Origin: an uncultured bacterium | GTDB taxonomy: Bacteria > Auribacterota > Auribacteria > Auribacterales > Auribacteraceae | Reading direction: 5' to 3' | DNA: 64,000 nucleotides | Assembly (NCBI GenBank): GCA_964451165.1 | Contig: CAYVGJ010000019.1 | Location: forward strand, 1,524-65,523 | Shown: positions 19,051-28,561 of the stretch, piece after piece | How the letters are laid out: the number at the start of each line of letters is the position of its first letter | Numbering within the stretch: the first letter of the stretch is position 1 | Translations under genes and position numbers: made by a program | The notes under the pieces: generated by a model | The model's input: the letters and a program-made list of their open reading frames with translations, nothing else | What the model was told of the DNA's origin: nothing | Database searches by the model: none

Positions 19051-19925
19051 ATCATGAAATTGATTTCTATGATCCTGATTTTCTCGATAAACTGAAGGAT
19101 CTTCATATTGTTACCAGAAAATTATTTCAAGGCCGGTTTAAGGGAAAACGCAGAAGCTTGAAACGCGGTTTAAGCCTTGAATTCGCTGACTACAGAAAAT
19201 ATTCGCCGGGCGATGATTTCAGGTTTGTCGACTGGAATATCCTTGCGCGATTAAAAAAGATTATGGTCAGGTCGTTCTGGGATGAGTCCAACATCAATAT
19301 AATTTTGTTTATAGATGTAAGTAAATCAATGTGTTTCGGCGATTTAAGCAAATCTATATATGCGCGGAAAGTTGCCGCATGTCTCTCATCTGTTGCGCTG
19401 GAAAATCATGATAGTGTCGGTATTTGCCTTTTTTCCGATGGAATCGCCAGGGCGATTTCTCCCGTGCACGGTAGCAATAATTTATTAAAAATATTCGCGA
19501 TTTTGAATTCCATCAAAACAGATGGCAAAACAAATATTCATTTATCCATATCACAGTATATTAAGACTATTAAAGATAAAGGAATCGCTGTGGTTATCTC
19601 CGATTTATTCGATTCCGATGGATACAAAAAATCATTTGCCGAACTGATCAATAAGGGGTTTGAGGTAAATGTCATTCACCTGAAAAGCGGTAATGTTGAT
19701 TATGACAAAATATCACACAATGTTTGTCTTGAAGATTCGGAAACCGGAGAATATCTGCATGCCGATTTGGATTCAGATCAGGTTATAGATGAAGAAAAAA
19801 AGTATTGTAATGAAATCAGAATGTATTGTTTATCAAATCAGATAGCGTATTTTCCTGTTGAAACTTCGTATCCTTTCGACAAATTCGTGCTTGATTATTT
19901 TAAATATCATATCACGGCGGGTTAA
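19047..19925 (+). CDS. DUF58 protein (vWA-like partner of MoxR ATPases).
   Basis: RGLSLEFADYRKYSPGDDFRFVDWNILARL matches the DUF58 signature G.EF...R.Y..GDD.R.IDW...AR. The start overlaps the moxR stop (ATGA). Confidence 0.8.
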   Translation: MNHEIDFYDPDFLDKLKDLHIVTRKLFQGRFKGKRRSLKRGLSLEFADYRKYSPGDDFRFVDWNILARLKKIMVRSFWDESNINIILFIDVSKSMCFGDLSKSIYARKVAACLSSVALENHDSVGICLFSDGIARAISPVHGSNNLLKIFAILNSIKTDGKTNIHLSISQYIKTIKDKGIAVVISDLFDSDGYKKSFAELINKGFEVNVIHLKSGNVDYDKISHNVCLEDSETGEYLHADLDSDQVIDEEKKYCNEIRMYCLSNQIAYFPVETSYPFDKFVLDYFKYHITAG

Positions 19926-19930
19926 TTTAT

Positions 19931-21595
19931 ATGGATTTTATTTCACCGGTCAATTTTTTATTTCTTGTTTTGTTGATCCCGGTAATTTTTTTATTTTTTT
20001 TAAAGTTGCCTTTGCCGAAAATAAAAGTCGACAGCATCTTTATATTTAAAAAGTATTTAAAAAGGGAAAAATTAAATTATGGTGGATGGGGAAGCGGTTC
20101 CAAAAAGTGGATTCTTTTTTTTGTTCAAGTTCTGGTAGTAATTACACTTGTAGCGGGGTTAGTTCATCCTCTTTTGAAACGCGGTTGCGGGAAAAACGTT
20201 TTGCTGATAATCGATACAACCGCAAGCATGAGTATATCGTATAAAAATGAGACGAGATTGTCTTCAGCAAAAAAGAAAGCTCTGGAATATGTTAATTTTA
20301 TCGATTCAGGGACAAAAATATCCGTTGCGGAATTTAATGGTTTTTACAAAATTATCCAACCTTTGACCGATAATAAAAATCTGGCAAAACATTCCATAGA
20401 TCAGATCATCCCGACCGGATTTTCCGGCGATTTTGATAAATTGATGAAATCAATTTATTTGCAAACAGATATGGATATAGTCATATTTACCGACAATATC
20501 CCGAATTCGGTTAAACAAAAATACAAAAATATCCATTATGAGATTTTCAATGGGTCCGATGGTAATATAGCTATAACAAATCTTTACGTCAAACGTGATT
20601 CTCCAGCCGGCAAAACTGAAATTGAGGTTACCGTGGAAACCGATATGAAAACGCTTAACATAATCCAGGTTGATTTACTTTATGCCGGCACGATTGCGCG
20701 ATCCTCAAATGTAAGTTTCGGTTCTGATAAACAACGCACGTTGATTTTCGAATTATTGCCTGAGAAGCAAAATCTTGTCGGAGAAGTGCGCATAATAAAT
20801 AAAGACGCTCTTGAATTTGACAACCGGGCATACTTCAAATTTGATTATGAAATACCTGTCGTATTAAAATGTGAATCAAAAGAAATCACTAAAGCTGTAA
20901 TCGCTTGTGATAATGTAAAAGTTGTGAAAAGGACTCCTGAGAAAACCGATTTGGTGGTTACTTATGGATTGCCGATGAACCAACTTAGTATAAATGTACT
21001 GTCAATTTATCCGGTTGAAAACCATGTGAACTTTGTTTCTACTGAAGAAGGTGTATCAAAAAAGAGAATAGAAATTGTTTACCAGGCTCATCCGATTTTG
21101 GAAAATATAAATTTTTCGGGAATCGATAGATTATATCCGGCTAACATAACTTTACCTGAAAAGGCGATTGTTTTGGTTAAAGAAGGGAACATTCCGCTGA
21201 TTATTGCCGGAGAAAATAATTCCGGAAAAATTGTTGTACTTAACTTTGATCCGGTTAAGTCTGGTTTTTATAAACGAATTTCTTTTCCAATCCTGATAGC
21301 GAATATCATTGAATGGTTGCGTGAAGATAGTAATCGTATAGTAAATACAGAAGATTTAAGAAACAGTGTTTTTTATCGGAAAACTGATTTCCCGGATATA
21401 TACGGTTTAAACGGCGAAAAAATATACGTTAATCTACTGGATCGAGCCGAATCGATCACAAAAAATGAAAAAAAATCGGAACGTATTGGTATTAAAAGAA
21501 AAAAGAATATAGATTTAACTCATATCTTTGTTATTACGGGCTTTGTTTTAATGTTAGCGGAAAGTATTTTGTTTTATCACGGAAAGAAAAAATGA
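19931..21595 (+). CDS. BatA-like membrane protein with a von Willebrand factor A domain.
   Basis: N-terminal TM helices (FLFLVLLIPVIFLFFL) followed by a vWA core (VLLIIDTTASMS ... VIFTDN). Confidence 0.65.
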   Translation: MDFISPVNFLFLVLLIPVIFLFFLKLPLPKIKVDSIFIFKKYLKREKLNYGGWGSGSKKWILFFVQVLVVITLVAGLVHPLLKRGCGKNVLLIIDTTASMSISYKNETRLSSAKKKALEYVNFIDSGTKISVAEFNGFYKIIQPLTDNKNLAKHSIDQIIPTGFSGDFDKLMKSIYLQTDMDIVIFTDNIPNSVKQKYKNIHYEIFNGSDGNIAITNLYVKRDSPAGKTEIEVTVETDMKTLNIIQVDLLYAGTIARSSNVSFGSDKQRTLIFELLPEKQNLVGEVRIINKDALEFDNRAYFKFDYEIPVVLKCESKEITKAVIACDNVKVVKRTPEKTDLVVTYGLPMNQLSINVLSIYPVENHVNFVSTEEGVSKKRIEIVYQAHPILENINFSGIDRLYPANITLPEKAIVLVKEGNIPLIIAGENNSGKIVVLNFDPVKSGFYKRISFPILIANIIEWLREDSNRIVNTEDLRNSVFYRKTDFPDIYGLNGEKIYVNLLDRAESITKNEKKSERIGIKRKKNIDLTHIFVITGFVLMLAESILFYHGKKK

Positions 21596-24087
21596 TTAGT
21601 TTTGTTAATCCCGGTTATCTGTTACTTTTTATTTTATTGATTTTGTGGATGATATATCTGCATAGATTCAATTTATCAATATTATTGCGGGTGATATCGA
21701 TGATTTTTCTGATATTTGCTGTATCGGGACCTGTTTTCATATTTTGGAAGCAGGATAAATCCGTTGTATGGTGTATTGACCGATCCCCAAGCATTCCGCA
21801 AAATGAAAAGAGGGATATATATCATTTTCTAAAAAGAATTTACGCTCAACCTGTTTTTTTCAGCGATACAGCTATATACAAAAAATATTATAATCTAACT
21901 GATTTAGATAATGATACCGGGAAAAACACTAAAATAGTGCCTGCAATAAAAACCACCGAAAAAATTGATCAGAATAGAAGTAGAAATTTTATCATTTTTA
22001 CCGATGGCAATGTTTCTGATAGAGATACTTTTTTTGCGCTGATTAATCAGTACCGCAATGATGGTTTTATCTTTAATTTTTTCCCTCTTGGTTATTCGGT
22101 TAAATCGGAAGTATCAGCCGGTGAAGCGCGGATTACAAATGGGACAATGGTCACAGTTCCATTTTATGCGTCCGGGGACATTAAAGATGCTGAAGTTTAT
22201 CTGGAGAATGAATCCGGAATTAAAGTGTTAAATGAAAAAGTGGATTTTGTTTCCGGATACGCTGAGCTAAAATGTAATATTCCCGAACCGCAAAAACCTT
22301 TTGAAATCTTTAAGGTGTTAGTGGTTGCGGATAAAGATACTTACCGTGAGAATAATTGTATAAAATTCAATATAGAGAAAAGTAAAAGCAAAAAGATACT
22401 TCGTTTATCGTTGCGTAAATCAAGCGGGTTAATAGGGAGTTTGTTGAAAGACAAATTTGATGTTGTTGAAGCTGTAACTACTTCTGAGATAAACAAATAT
22501 TTACCGATGATACGGCATTTCGACCTTGTTTTGCTTGATGATGTTCCGGCATACCTTCTTACTCCTGATCAGATGGCTTTAATAGCAGAAAGTGTTAGGA
22601 ATTATGGTATAGGCCTGATTATGACAGGATTGCATGATAGTTTCGCGTTGGGAGGATATGTTGATTCTCCAGTTGAAAAAGCGTTGCCCGTTACGATGGA
22701 GCCGAATCGCCAGGATAAAAAGAAAGATTTTGTGATTCTTCTTGATAAATCAGGAAGTATGGATGAAAAGGATCAAAGCGGAATAACCCGTATGCAGTAT
22801 TCTTTAGATGCGATTTATACAATATTGCGGGCAAAAAAAGCTAATGAGCGGTTTGGTATAACGGTTTTTGATAAAAAAGCATATTCTGTTATTCCTGTTA
22901 GCGGGGAAATCAACAATATTCAGGCGGAAAAAATTCTATCAAAGATAGAGCCGCATGGCGGAACGGATCTTTATGGTTTATTGGCTGAAATATCTAATTC
23001 ATTAAGGAATAACGGGCAACAAAAGACACATTATATATTATTGACTGACGGGCAGACGGATCGAAGGGAAGAATGTCTTGATCTGTCGGCTGAAATTGCG
23101 GGAAAAAATTGTTCCTTGTCTGTAATAGGTATAGGTGCAGATAAAAACGATTCTTTTTTGGAAAATCTTGGCAAAAATGGAAAAGGCAGAACATACATTA
23201 TAGATAATTTATCTGTGTTATCTCAGGTTTTTTTTAGGGAAAAAGAAATAGAAAAAGGCGGAAATATTGTTGAATTTCCTGTATATCCTCTGACAAATCC
23301 TGATGGTGAAATTTTTGCGGATGAGAAAAAGTTGCCTCTTTTAAATAACTACACGAGATTGTCCATTAAAGAATCTTCTTCAGCAATAATAAAGTCTCCT
23401 TCAGGTGATCCGATTTCTGCTGTATGGAGGTATGGTGTTGGAAAGAGTGCTGTATTCGCTTCATCTCTGGAAGGCGAATCTGTTTCTGAATGGTTAAAAT
23501 CGGGTGATTATAATAATATATTTATTCCATTATTCGAATATTGTTCAAGGAAAATTAATGAATCCGGCGCTCAAGGATTTGATTGGACAATATATACTGA
23601 TGAAGGATATGTGAAACTGAATTTTGTTCCTGATGAAATATCTATCAGATATCCGGACGGGCGCATAGCCAAACTTGAATTTTATATTTCAGGTGAAAAA
23701 TGTTACGCGTCGTTTTATGCGGATGTAGCAGGTATGTATTTTTTTGATGTGAAATTAAAAAACGGCGTGCATCTTTATAAGGACCAGATGATAAGTTATT
23801 CTGCGGAATATAAAAAGTTAGGGACAAATAATAACTTTTTTTATCTGGTTTCAATGTTATCCGGAGGTAAAGTGTTCAGAAACGTGAGTGAATTAAAATG
23901 CTTTAATCCGGAAACAAAAATGGAAATCAAACTTGATCTTTTCAACATTTTTATAATATGCAGTTTATGTTTATTTATAACTGAGCTGGTAATACGCAAA
24001 AAAATGAAATTCAATGAAATATATCAATTATGGAGAAGCCAAGGGTTTGTGAATCTATTTAAACAAAAATATTTTGATAAAAATTAA
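21592..24087 (+). CDS. BatB-like membrane protein with two vWA domains (the second has an intact MIDAS motif) and a C-terminal TM anchor.
   Basis: VVWCIDRSPSIP...FIIFTDG; FVILLDKSGSMDEKD...GGTDLYGLL...HYILLTDGQTD (DxSGS, T and D MIDAS residues); C-terminal FIICSLCLFITELVIRKKMK. The start overlaps the upstream stop. Confidence 0.8.
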   Translation: MISFVNPGYLLLFILLILWMIYLHRFNLSILLRVISMIFLIFAVSGPVFIFWKQDKSVVWCIDRSPSIPQNEKRDIYHFLKRIYAQPVFFSDTAIYKKYYNLTDLDNDTGKNTKIVPAIKTTEKIDQNRSRNFIIFTDGNVSDRDTFFALINQYRNDGFIFNFFPLGYSVKSEVSAGEARITNGTMVTVPFYASGDIKDAEVYLENESGIKVLNEKVDFVSGYAELKCNIPEPQKPFEIFKVLVVADKDTYRENNCIKFNIEKSKSKKILRLSLRKSSGLIGSLLKDKFDVVEAVTTSEINKYLPMIRHFDLVLLDDVPAYLLTPDQMALIAESVRNYGIGLIMTGLHDSFALGGYVDSPVEKALPVTMEPNRQDKKKDFVILLDKSGSMDEKDQSGITRMQYSLDAIYTILRAKKANERFGITVFDKKAYSVIPVSGEINNIQAEKILSKIEPHGGTDLYGLLAEISNSLRNNGQQKTHYILLTDGQTDRREECLDLSAEIAGKNCSLSVIGIGADKNDSFLENLGKNGKGRTYIIDNLSVLSQVFFREKEIEKGGNIVEFPVYPLTNPDGEIFADEKKLPLLNNYTRLSIKESSSAIIKSPSGDPISAVWRYGVGKSAVFASSLEGESVSEWLKSGDYNNIFIPLFEYCSRKINESGAQGFDWTIYTDEGYVKLNFVPDEISIRYPDGRIAKLEFYISGEKCYASFYADVAGMYFFDVKLKNGVHLYKDQMISYSAEYKKLGTNNNFFYLVSMLSGGKVFRNVSELKCFNPETKMEIKLDLFNIFIICSLCLFITELVIRKKMKFNEIYQLWRSQGFVNLFKQKYFDKN

Positions 24088-24106
24088 CTGATAATATTAA
24101 AAAATC

Positions 24107-24134
24107 TTGACTGCTTTTATCCAAAAGGTATTAT
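24107..24134 (+). promoter_or_regulatory. Candidate sigma70-like promoter (TTGACT, 16-bp spacer, TATTAT) for the 24196-29426 operon.
   Basis: TTGACT lies at 24107-24112 and TATTAT at 24129-24134, in the 108-bp gap after the Bat-like operon. The 24196 gene has a strong SD (AAGGGGGA). Confidence 0.3.
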
Positions 24135-24195
24135 GATTATCGTGGGTTATTATCTCATACTAAATTACACTAACATTTGTTAAAGGGGGACTAAT

Positions 24196-25302
24196 ATGGT
24201 CATAAAAGAAAAGCTTGTTTTATTATTCGCATTGTTGGCATTGGCTATTGGTTTCGATGTTTACGCAAAAGACAAAAGCAGTGAACCAAAAGCGGAAGAT
24301 GATTTAATCGATACTTCATTGAAAAAAGAGATAGAAGCATCAATTAACAGGGGATTGCGATATTTGCGCAACAACATGGATGCTGAAGGTTCATGGTCAA
24401 ACCATCCGGGAGTAACTGCGATAGTATTGAAAGCGTTTGCTTCCAGCCCTAATAAGTACGATGAAACCGATGGCCCATTTATAAAAAAACCTGCGCAATA
24501 TCTCATGAACCTTCAGAAAAAAGATGGTTCCATATATGACAAGGATTTGCCGAATTATGTAACATCAAATGCGGTTTGCGCTCTTGTAGCGTTGAAAAAT
24601 TCGAAATACGATGATGTTATAAAGAAAGCACAAGGTTTTATTCTCGATTGCCAGCTTGATGACAAAGAAGGATACGCGCCCGGAGATAAGTTTTATGGCG
24701 GTATAGGTTACGGAAGCACTGAACGGCCGGATTTGTCCAATCTTCAGACCGCTCTGGAAGCTTTGAAAGAGACAGACCTACCTGCTGATAATGAAGCATG
24801 GAAACGTGCTGTAGCGTTTATTGAAAGATGCCAGAACCGCAGTGAATCAAACGACCAGAAATGGGCAGGAAATGATGGCGGTTTTGTGTATTTGCCGGGC
24901 GATAGTAAAGCCGGTGGTACAAAATCTTATGGATCTATGACGTACGCCGGTTTGAAAAGTTTTCTATATGCCAATGTTGATAAAAATGATCCAAGAGTTC
25001 AGGCAGCTTATAAATGGATTATCAAACATTATACATTGGATGAGAATCCCGGCATGGGCACTCAGGGCCTTTTTTACAGTTATAATACTTTCGCTAAAGC
25101 GCTTTATGCCTACGGGGAACCGTATATAGTCGATTCAAAAGGCGAAAAACGAAATTGGAGAAAAGATCTGGCGGAAAAAATAATATCCATTCAGAATTCT
25201 GATGGATATTGGATGAACGAAAATAACCGCTGGTGGGAATCAGATAAAAATCTTGTTACCGCTTATGCGATAATTGCTCTTGAAAATTGTTTAAAAAAAT
25301 AA
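24196..25302 (+). CDS. Secreted alpha/alpha-toroid protein with prenyltransferase/squalene-oxidase (terpene cyclase/mutase-type) repeats.
   Basis: Signal peptide. Repeated QxxDGSW/GGW-type motifs: AEGSWSNHPG, LQKKDGSIYD, GNDGGFVYLPG, IQNSDGYWMNEN. Confidence 0.65.
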   Translation: MVIKEKLVLLFALLALAIGFDVYAKDKSSEPKAEDDLIDTSLKKEIEASINRGLRYLRNNMDAEGSWSNHPGVTAIVLKAFASSPNKYDETDGPFIKKPAQYLMNLQKKDGSIYDKDLPNYVTSNAVCALVALKNSKYDDVIKKAQGFILDCQLDDKEGYAPGDKFYGGIGYGSTERPDLSNLQTALEALKETDLPADNEAWKRAVAFIERCQNRSESNDQKWAGNDGGFVYLPGDSKAGGTKSYGSMTYAGLKSFLYANVDKNDPRVQAAYKWIIKHYTLDENPGMGTQGLFYSYNTFAKALYAYGEPYIVDSKGEKRNWRKDLAEKIISIQNSDGYWMNENNRWWESDKNLVTAYAIIALENCLKK

Positions 25303-25311
25303 AGGAATAAA

Positions 25312-26064
25312 ATGAAACTGTCTGTAATATTGTTTTTTTATAGCCTGTTATTGGTTACGTATCCGGTTATGGGGCAGGAAAAAGGAAAAGAAACAAAAAT
25401 GCCGGATCGAACGAGGAGTGCCGGAACTCCTCCAAAAGTGGATAATGCCGGGCAGGTAAGTAAAATTTCCGATGGGATTTTTAAAATCGGGAAAGTAATG
25501 TTGAATCAAAAAGAAGGTTACGCGTCCTTACCAGCTACTGTTGCGCTAAAAGAAGGGTTGATTGAACTTTTGTTGTGCACAAAGTGGGGCAGGGTCCACG
25601 AGACGGTATTGGTTACTGAAGCGTATCCGGTTCATCTGCAGACAGCATTGTTATTGTTGGGATTAAAATTTGGATCCCCGGTTGAGTTTGCCGGGGATTC
25701 GAAATCTCCATTGGGTGATAAAACCGAAATTTGGGTTGAGTGGGGAAAAGGTGATAAAAAAAATAAAGTAAGGATTGAGCAATTAGCCATCGATAAAACA
25801 AAAAATGAATCAATGCCGAATGTGGATTGGGTTTTCACCGGTTCACAATTTGTCAATGGTGTTTTTTTCGCTCAGCAAGAAGGATCAATAATAACTACTT
25901 ATAGAGATCCGAACACGATGTTTGATAACCCGTTGCCTGAAGGCGCCGACGATACGGTCTATCTTGTCAACAGCAAAGTTGTTCCCGATATTGGTACACA
26001 AGTCACAGTATATTTTAAAAAACCTTCTCAATCTAAGGAAGAGCAATTAAAATCACAAAAATAA
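25312..26064 (+). CDS. Secreted hypothetical protein.
   Basis: Signal peptide MKLSVILFFYSLLLVTYPVMG. No recognisable motif. It lies 9 nt after the previous gene, so it is probably co-transcribed. Confidence 0.55.
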   Translation: MKLSVILFFYSLLLVTYPVMGQEKGKETKMPDRTRSAGTPPKVDNAGQVSKISDGIFKIGKVMLNQKEGYASLPATVALKEGLIELLLCTKWGRVHETVLVTEAYPVHLQTALLLLGLKFGSPVEFAGDSKSPLGDKTEIWVEWGKGDKKNKVRIEQLAIDKTKNESMPNVDWVFTGSQFVNGVFFAQQEGSIITTYRDPNTMFDNPLPEGADDTVYLVNSKVVPDIGTQVTVYFKKPSQSKEEQLKSQK

Positions 26065-26123
26065 ATCCTCAAAAAATCGCGTTCAGCACTAACGCATTCA
26101 TAAATTATCCATTAAATGAGGCA

Positions 26124-26909
26124 TTGTATAAAATTAGCCGGTGTGGGTATGGTTCAGTCGAAATACTTGCCGATATTCCTCATGGCATGGAACTTATTAA
26201 AAATACGGGATTGCTGGCAGAAATTTCATCAATCTTAAAATCAACCGGGCTAAAGATATCAAATATCAACGCGAATACAGCAGTTGGATTGTTGGGATTG
26301 CCTGCTGGCGCAAATGAATTTGAACCATCTCTTTCCAATCCTGACGAGTCGATACGAAAAAAACGGGTAAAGTTTACTCTTGACATAATTAATCTCGCTT
26401 TGGATTTGGGGGCAGATACCATCAGCATTACAACAGGACGGAAATATAACAATTTATCGGAACGTGAACAGCTTGATTTTTTTTATTTATCGCTTGATGA
26501 AATACTGAAAATAGCTGAAAATAAAAAAGTTTTCATAGGAATAGAACCGGAACCAGGTTTGTTGATAGGCTCAACAGATGAAGCCGGATTGGCTGTAGAA
26601 AAATTCGGATCGCAATATTTAGGAATCAACTGGGATATCGGGCATGCGGAATCGAATTACGAAGATTTGATTTCAGCGATTGAAAAATGGGGAAAATACT
26701 TTTTCAATCTCCATATCGAGGATATAAAAGATAAATTTCATTATCATCTTATTCCAGGTGAAGGTAATATTGACTTTAAAAGTTTATTTTACAATCTTTT
26801 TCGTTTAGAGTATGATAAATATCTTACGGTGGAATTATATACATACAGGGATAACCCGGAGTTTGCCGCAAGAAAAGCGATTAATTATCTTATCGATTTA
26901 GAATTTTAA
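26124..26909 (+). CDS. Xylose-isomerase-like TIM-barrel protein (sugar phosphate isomerase/epimerase family, EboE-like). The true N-terminus probably lies upstream of the annotated TTG (see finding).
   Basis: FIGIEPEPGLLIGS...GINWDIGHAESN...NLHIEDIK...HLIPGEGNIDFKSLF is typical of the PF01261 family. The frame is open back to 26037 and encodes KIAFSTNAFINYPLNEALYKI, which aligns with the N-terminus of the paralog at 27725 (MRLAFSTNAFKRYSLEQSVELI). No ATG, GTG or TTG is available there. Confidence 0.75.
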   Translation: MYKISRCGYGSVEILADIPHGMELIKNTGLLAEISSILKSTGLKISNINANTAVGLLGLPAGANEFEPSLSNPDESIRKKRVKFTLDIINLALDLGADTISITTGRKYNNLSEREQLDFFYLSLDEILKIAENKKVFIGIEPEPGLLIGSTDEAGLAVEKFGSQYLGINWDIGHAESNYEDLISAIEKWGKYFFNLHIEDIKDKFHYHLIPGEGNIDFKSLFYNLFRLEYDKYLTVELYTYRDNPEFAARKAINYLIDLEF

Positions 26910-26925
26910 CATATAGGGGGAAATA

Positions 26926-27723
26926 ATGAAGATAATTGAGCCTCACATCCATATGCTTGCACGTACAACGGATGATTACCAGAGAATGGCTGTTTCAGGT
27001 ATTTGCGCTGTTATAGAACCTGCGTTTTGGCTTGGACATGACAGAAAATACGCCGGGAGTTTTTTCGATTATTTTGATCTTCTTCTTGAGTTTGAGTCCC
27101 AACGCGCGAGAAAATATGGGATTGAGCATTATTCATGTATTGGAGTTAATCCGAAAGAAGCGAATAATATTGAAATCGCAAAAGAAGTTATTTCAAAAAT
27201 GGGGGATTTTCTCGATAGAGAAAAAGTTGTTGGTGTTGGAGAAATCGGGCTCGATAAAATTACCGACGCCGAAGAAGAAGTATTGAGGCTCCAGATAAGG
27301 TTGGGGATAGAAAAAAAACTTCCTTTGCTTATTCATACACCTCATAATAATAAGGTGGAAGGGACAAAGATTATATTAAAAGTTATTGACGAAGAAAAAG
27401 CTGATCCCCGAATGACTCTGATAGACCATAATGTAGAAGATACAATTGAAATGTCGCTTGATTCCGGGTGTTGGTTGGGTATGACGCTGTATCCTGTAAC
27501 AAAAATGTCGTCGGAACGGGCCATTGAGGTACTTAAAAAATATGGAGTAGAGCGGATGATGATAAACAGTTCCGCGGACTGGGGTTATTCTGATCCGCTT
27601 ATGGTACCGATGACTTGTTATAAGATGTCCCAGTGCGGTTTTAGCGAAGATCAGATAAAGAAGCTCGTTTTCGATAACCCATATAGTTTTTATAGTAAAT
27701 CAAATAGGTTTAAATTAAATTAA
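26926..27723 (+). CDS. TatD-family metal-dependent hydrolase (EboB-like).
   Basis: IEPHIHML (HxH metal site), GVGEIGLD (the TatD GEIGLD motif) and LLIHTPH. GGGGGA RBS. Confidence 0.8.
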   Translation: MKIIEPHIHMLARTTDDYQRMAVSGICAVIEPAFWLGHDRKYAGSFFDYFDLLLEFESQRARKYGIEHYSCIGVNPKEANNIEIAKEVISKMGDFLDREKVVGVGEIGLDKITDAEEEVLRLQIRLGIEKKLPLLIHTPHNNKVEGTKIILKVIDEEKADPRMTLIDHNVEDTIEMSLDSGCWLGMTLYPVTKMSSERAIEVLKKYGVERMMINSSADWGYSDPLMVPMTCYKMSQCGFSEDQIKKLVFDNPYSFYSKSNRFKLN

Positions 27724-27724
27724 T

Positions 27725-28561
27725 ATGCGCCTTGCTTTCAGTACAAACGCGTTTAAAAGGTATTCTCTGGAACAGTCTGTAGAGCTTATAGCAAAAGCCG
27801 GGTTCAGTGCTGTGGAAATACTTTGCGATACTCCACATTTGTATCCGCCGCTTTTTTCTCAAACAGATTACGATAACCTTTCAAATGTATTGCGTGATAA
27901 TAAAATAGATGTGGCGAACCTTAACGCATTTACTTTTTTCGCGAAGGGAAATACGTATAATCCGTCATGGATTGACAACGATATTAAAATACAGGATGAA
28001 CGCATAAATCACACTATAAACGCTGTTCTTGCCGCGTATAAACTAAATGTTGGTAATATATCAACTGAACCCGGCGGCCTTTACGATAAAAAAAGATCTG
28101 ATCGGGAAGAACTTATCGATATTTTTGCCGCGAATCTGAAAAAAGTTTTAAGTATAGCGGAAGATAAAAAAGTTTGTATTCTTATAGAACCCGAGCCTGA
28201 GCTGATAATAGAGACAAGTTCTCAGATGCTTGAGTTTATAGATAAAATCGCTTCGCCGTTTATAGGTGTGAATTTCGATATAGGTCATTTTCATTGTGTA
28301 GGCGAAACACCGCTTGACGCGTTAAAGAAGTTATACCCGTATGTAAAACACGTGCACCTGGAAGATATATTAAACAGGCGACATATGCATCTTATTCCCG
28401 GTGAAGGAGAAATAGATTTTGAGCCGGTTATTGAGTTTTTAGCTGTAAATGATTACAAAGGATATGTTACCGTTGAGCTGTATCCATACCAGGATGATCC
28501 GTTTTCAACAGCAGTTCAATCCATGAATTATTTGAGAAAGTATGAAAGATATTTTAAGTAA
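27725..28561 (+). CDS. Xylose-isomerase-like TIM-barrel protein, second paralog.
   Basis: MRLAFSTNAF..., ILIEPEPELIIE, GVNFDIGHFH, HVHLEDI, HLIPGEGEIDFEPV. It starts 1 nt after the TatD stop. Confidence 0.8.
   Translation: MRLAFSTNAFKRYSLEQSVELIAKAGFSAVEILCDTPHLYPPLFSQTDYDNLSNVLRDNKIDVANLNAFTFFAKGNTYNPSWIDNDIKIQDERINHTINAVLAAYKLNVGNISTEPGGLYDKKRSDREELIDIFAANLKKVLSIAEDKKVCILIEPEPELIIETSSQMLEFIDKIASPFIGVNFDIGHFHCVGETPLDALKKLYPYVKHVHLEDILNRRHMHLIPGEGEIDFEPVIEFLAVNDYKGYVTVELYPYQDDPFSTAVQSMNYLRKYERYFK

Noticed and set aside
24111-24128. Small inverted repeat CTTTT-ATCC-AAAAG after the Bat-like operon, considered as a possible terminator.
   Set aside because: The stem is only 5 bp with no downstream T-tract. 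It overlaps the spacer of the proposed promoter and is more likely incidental.
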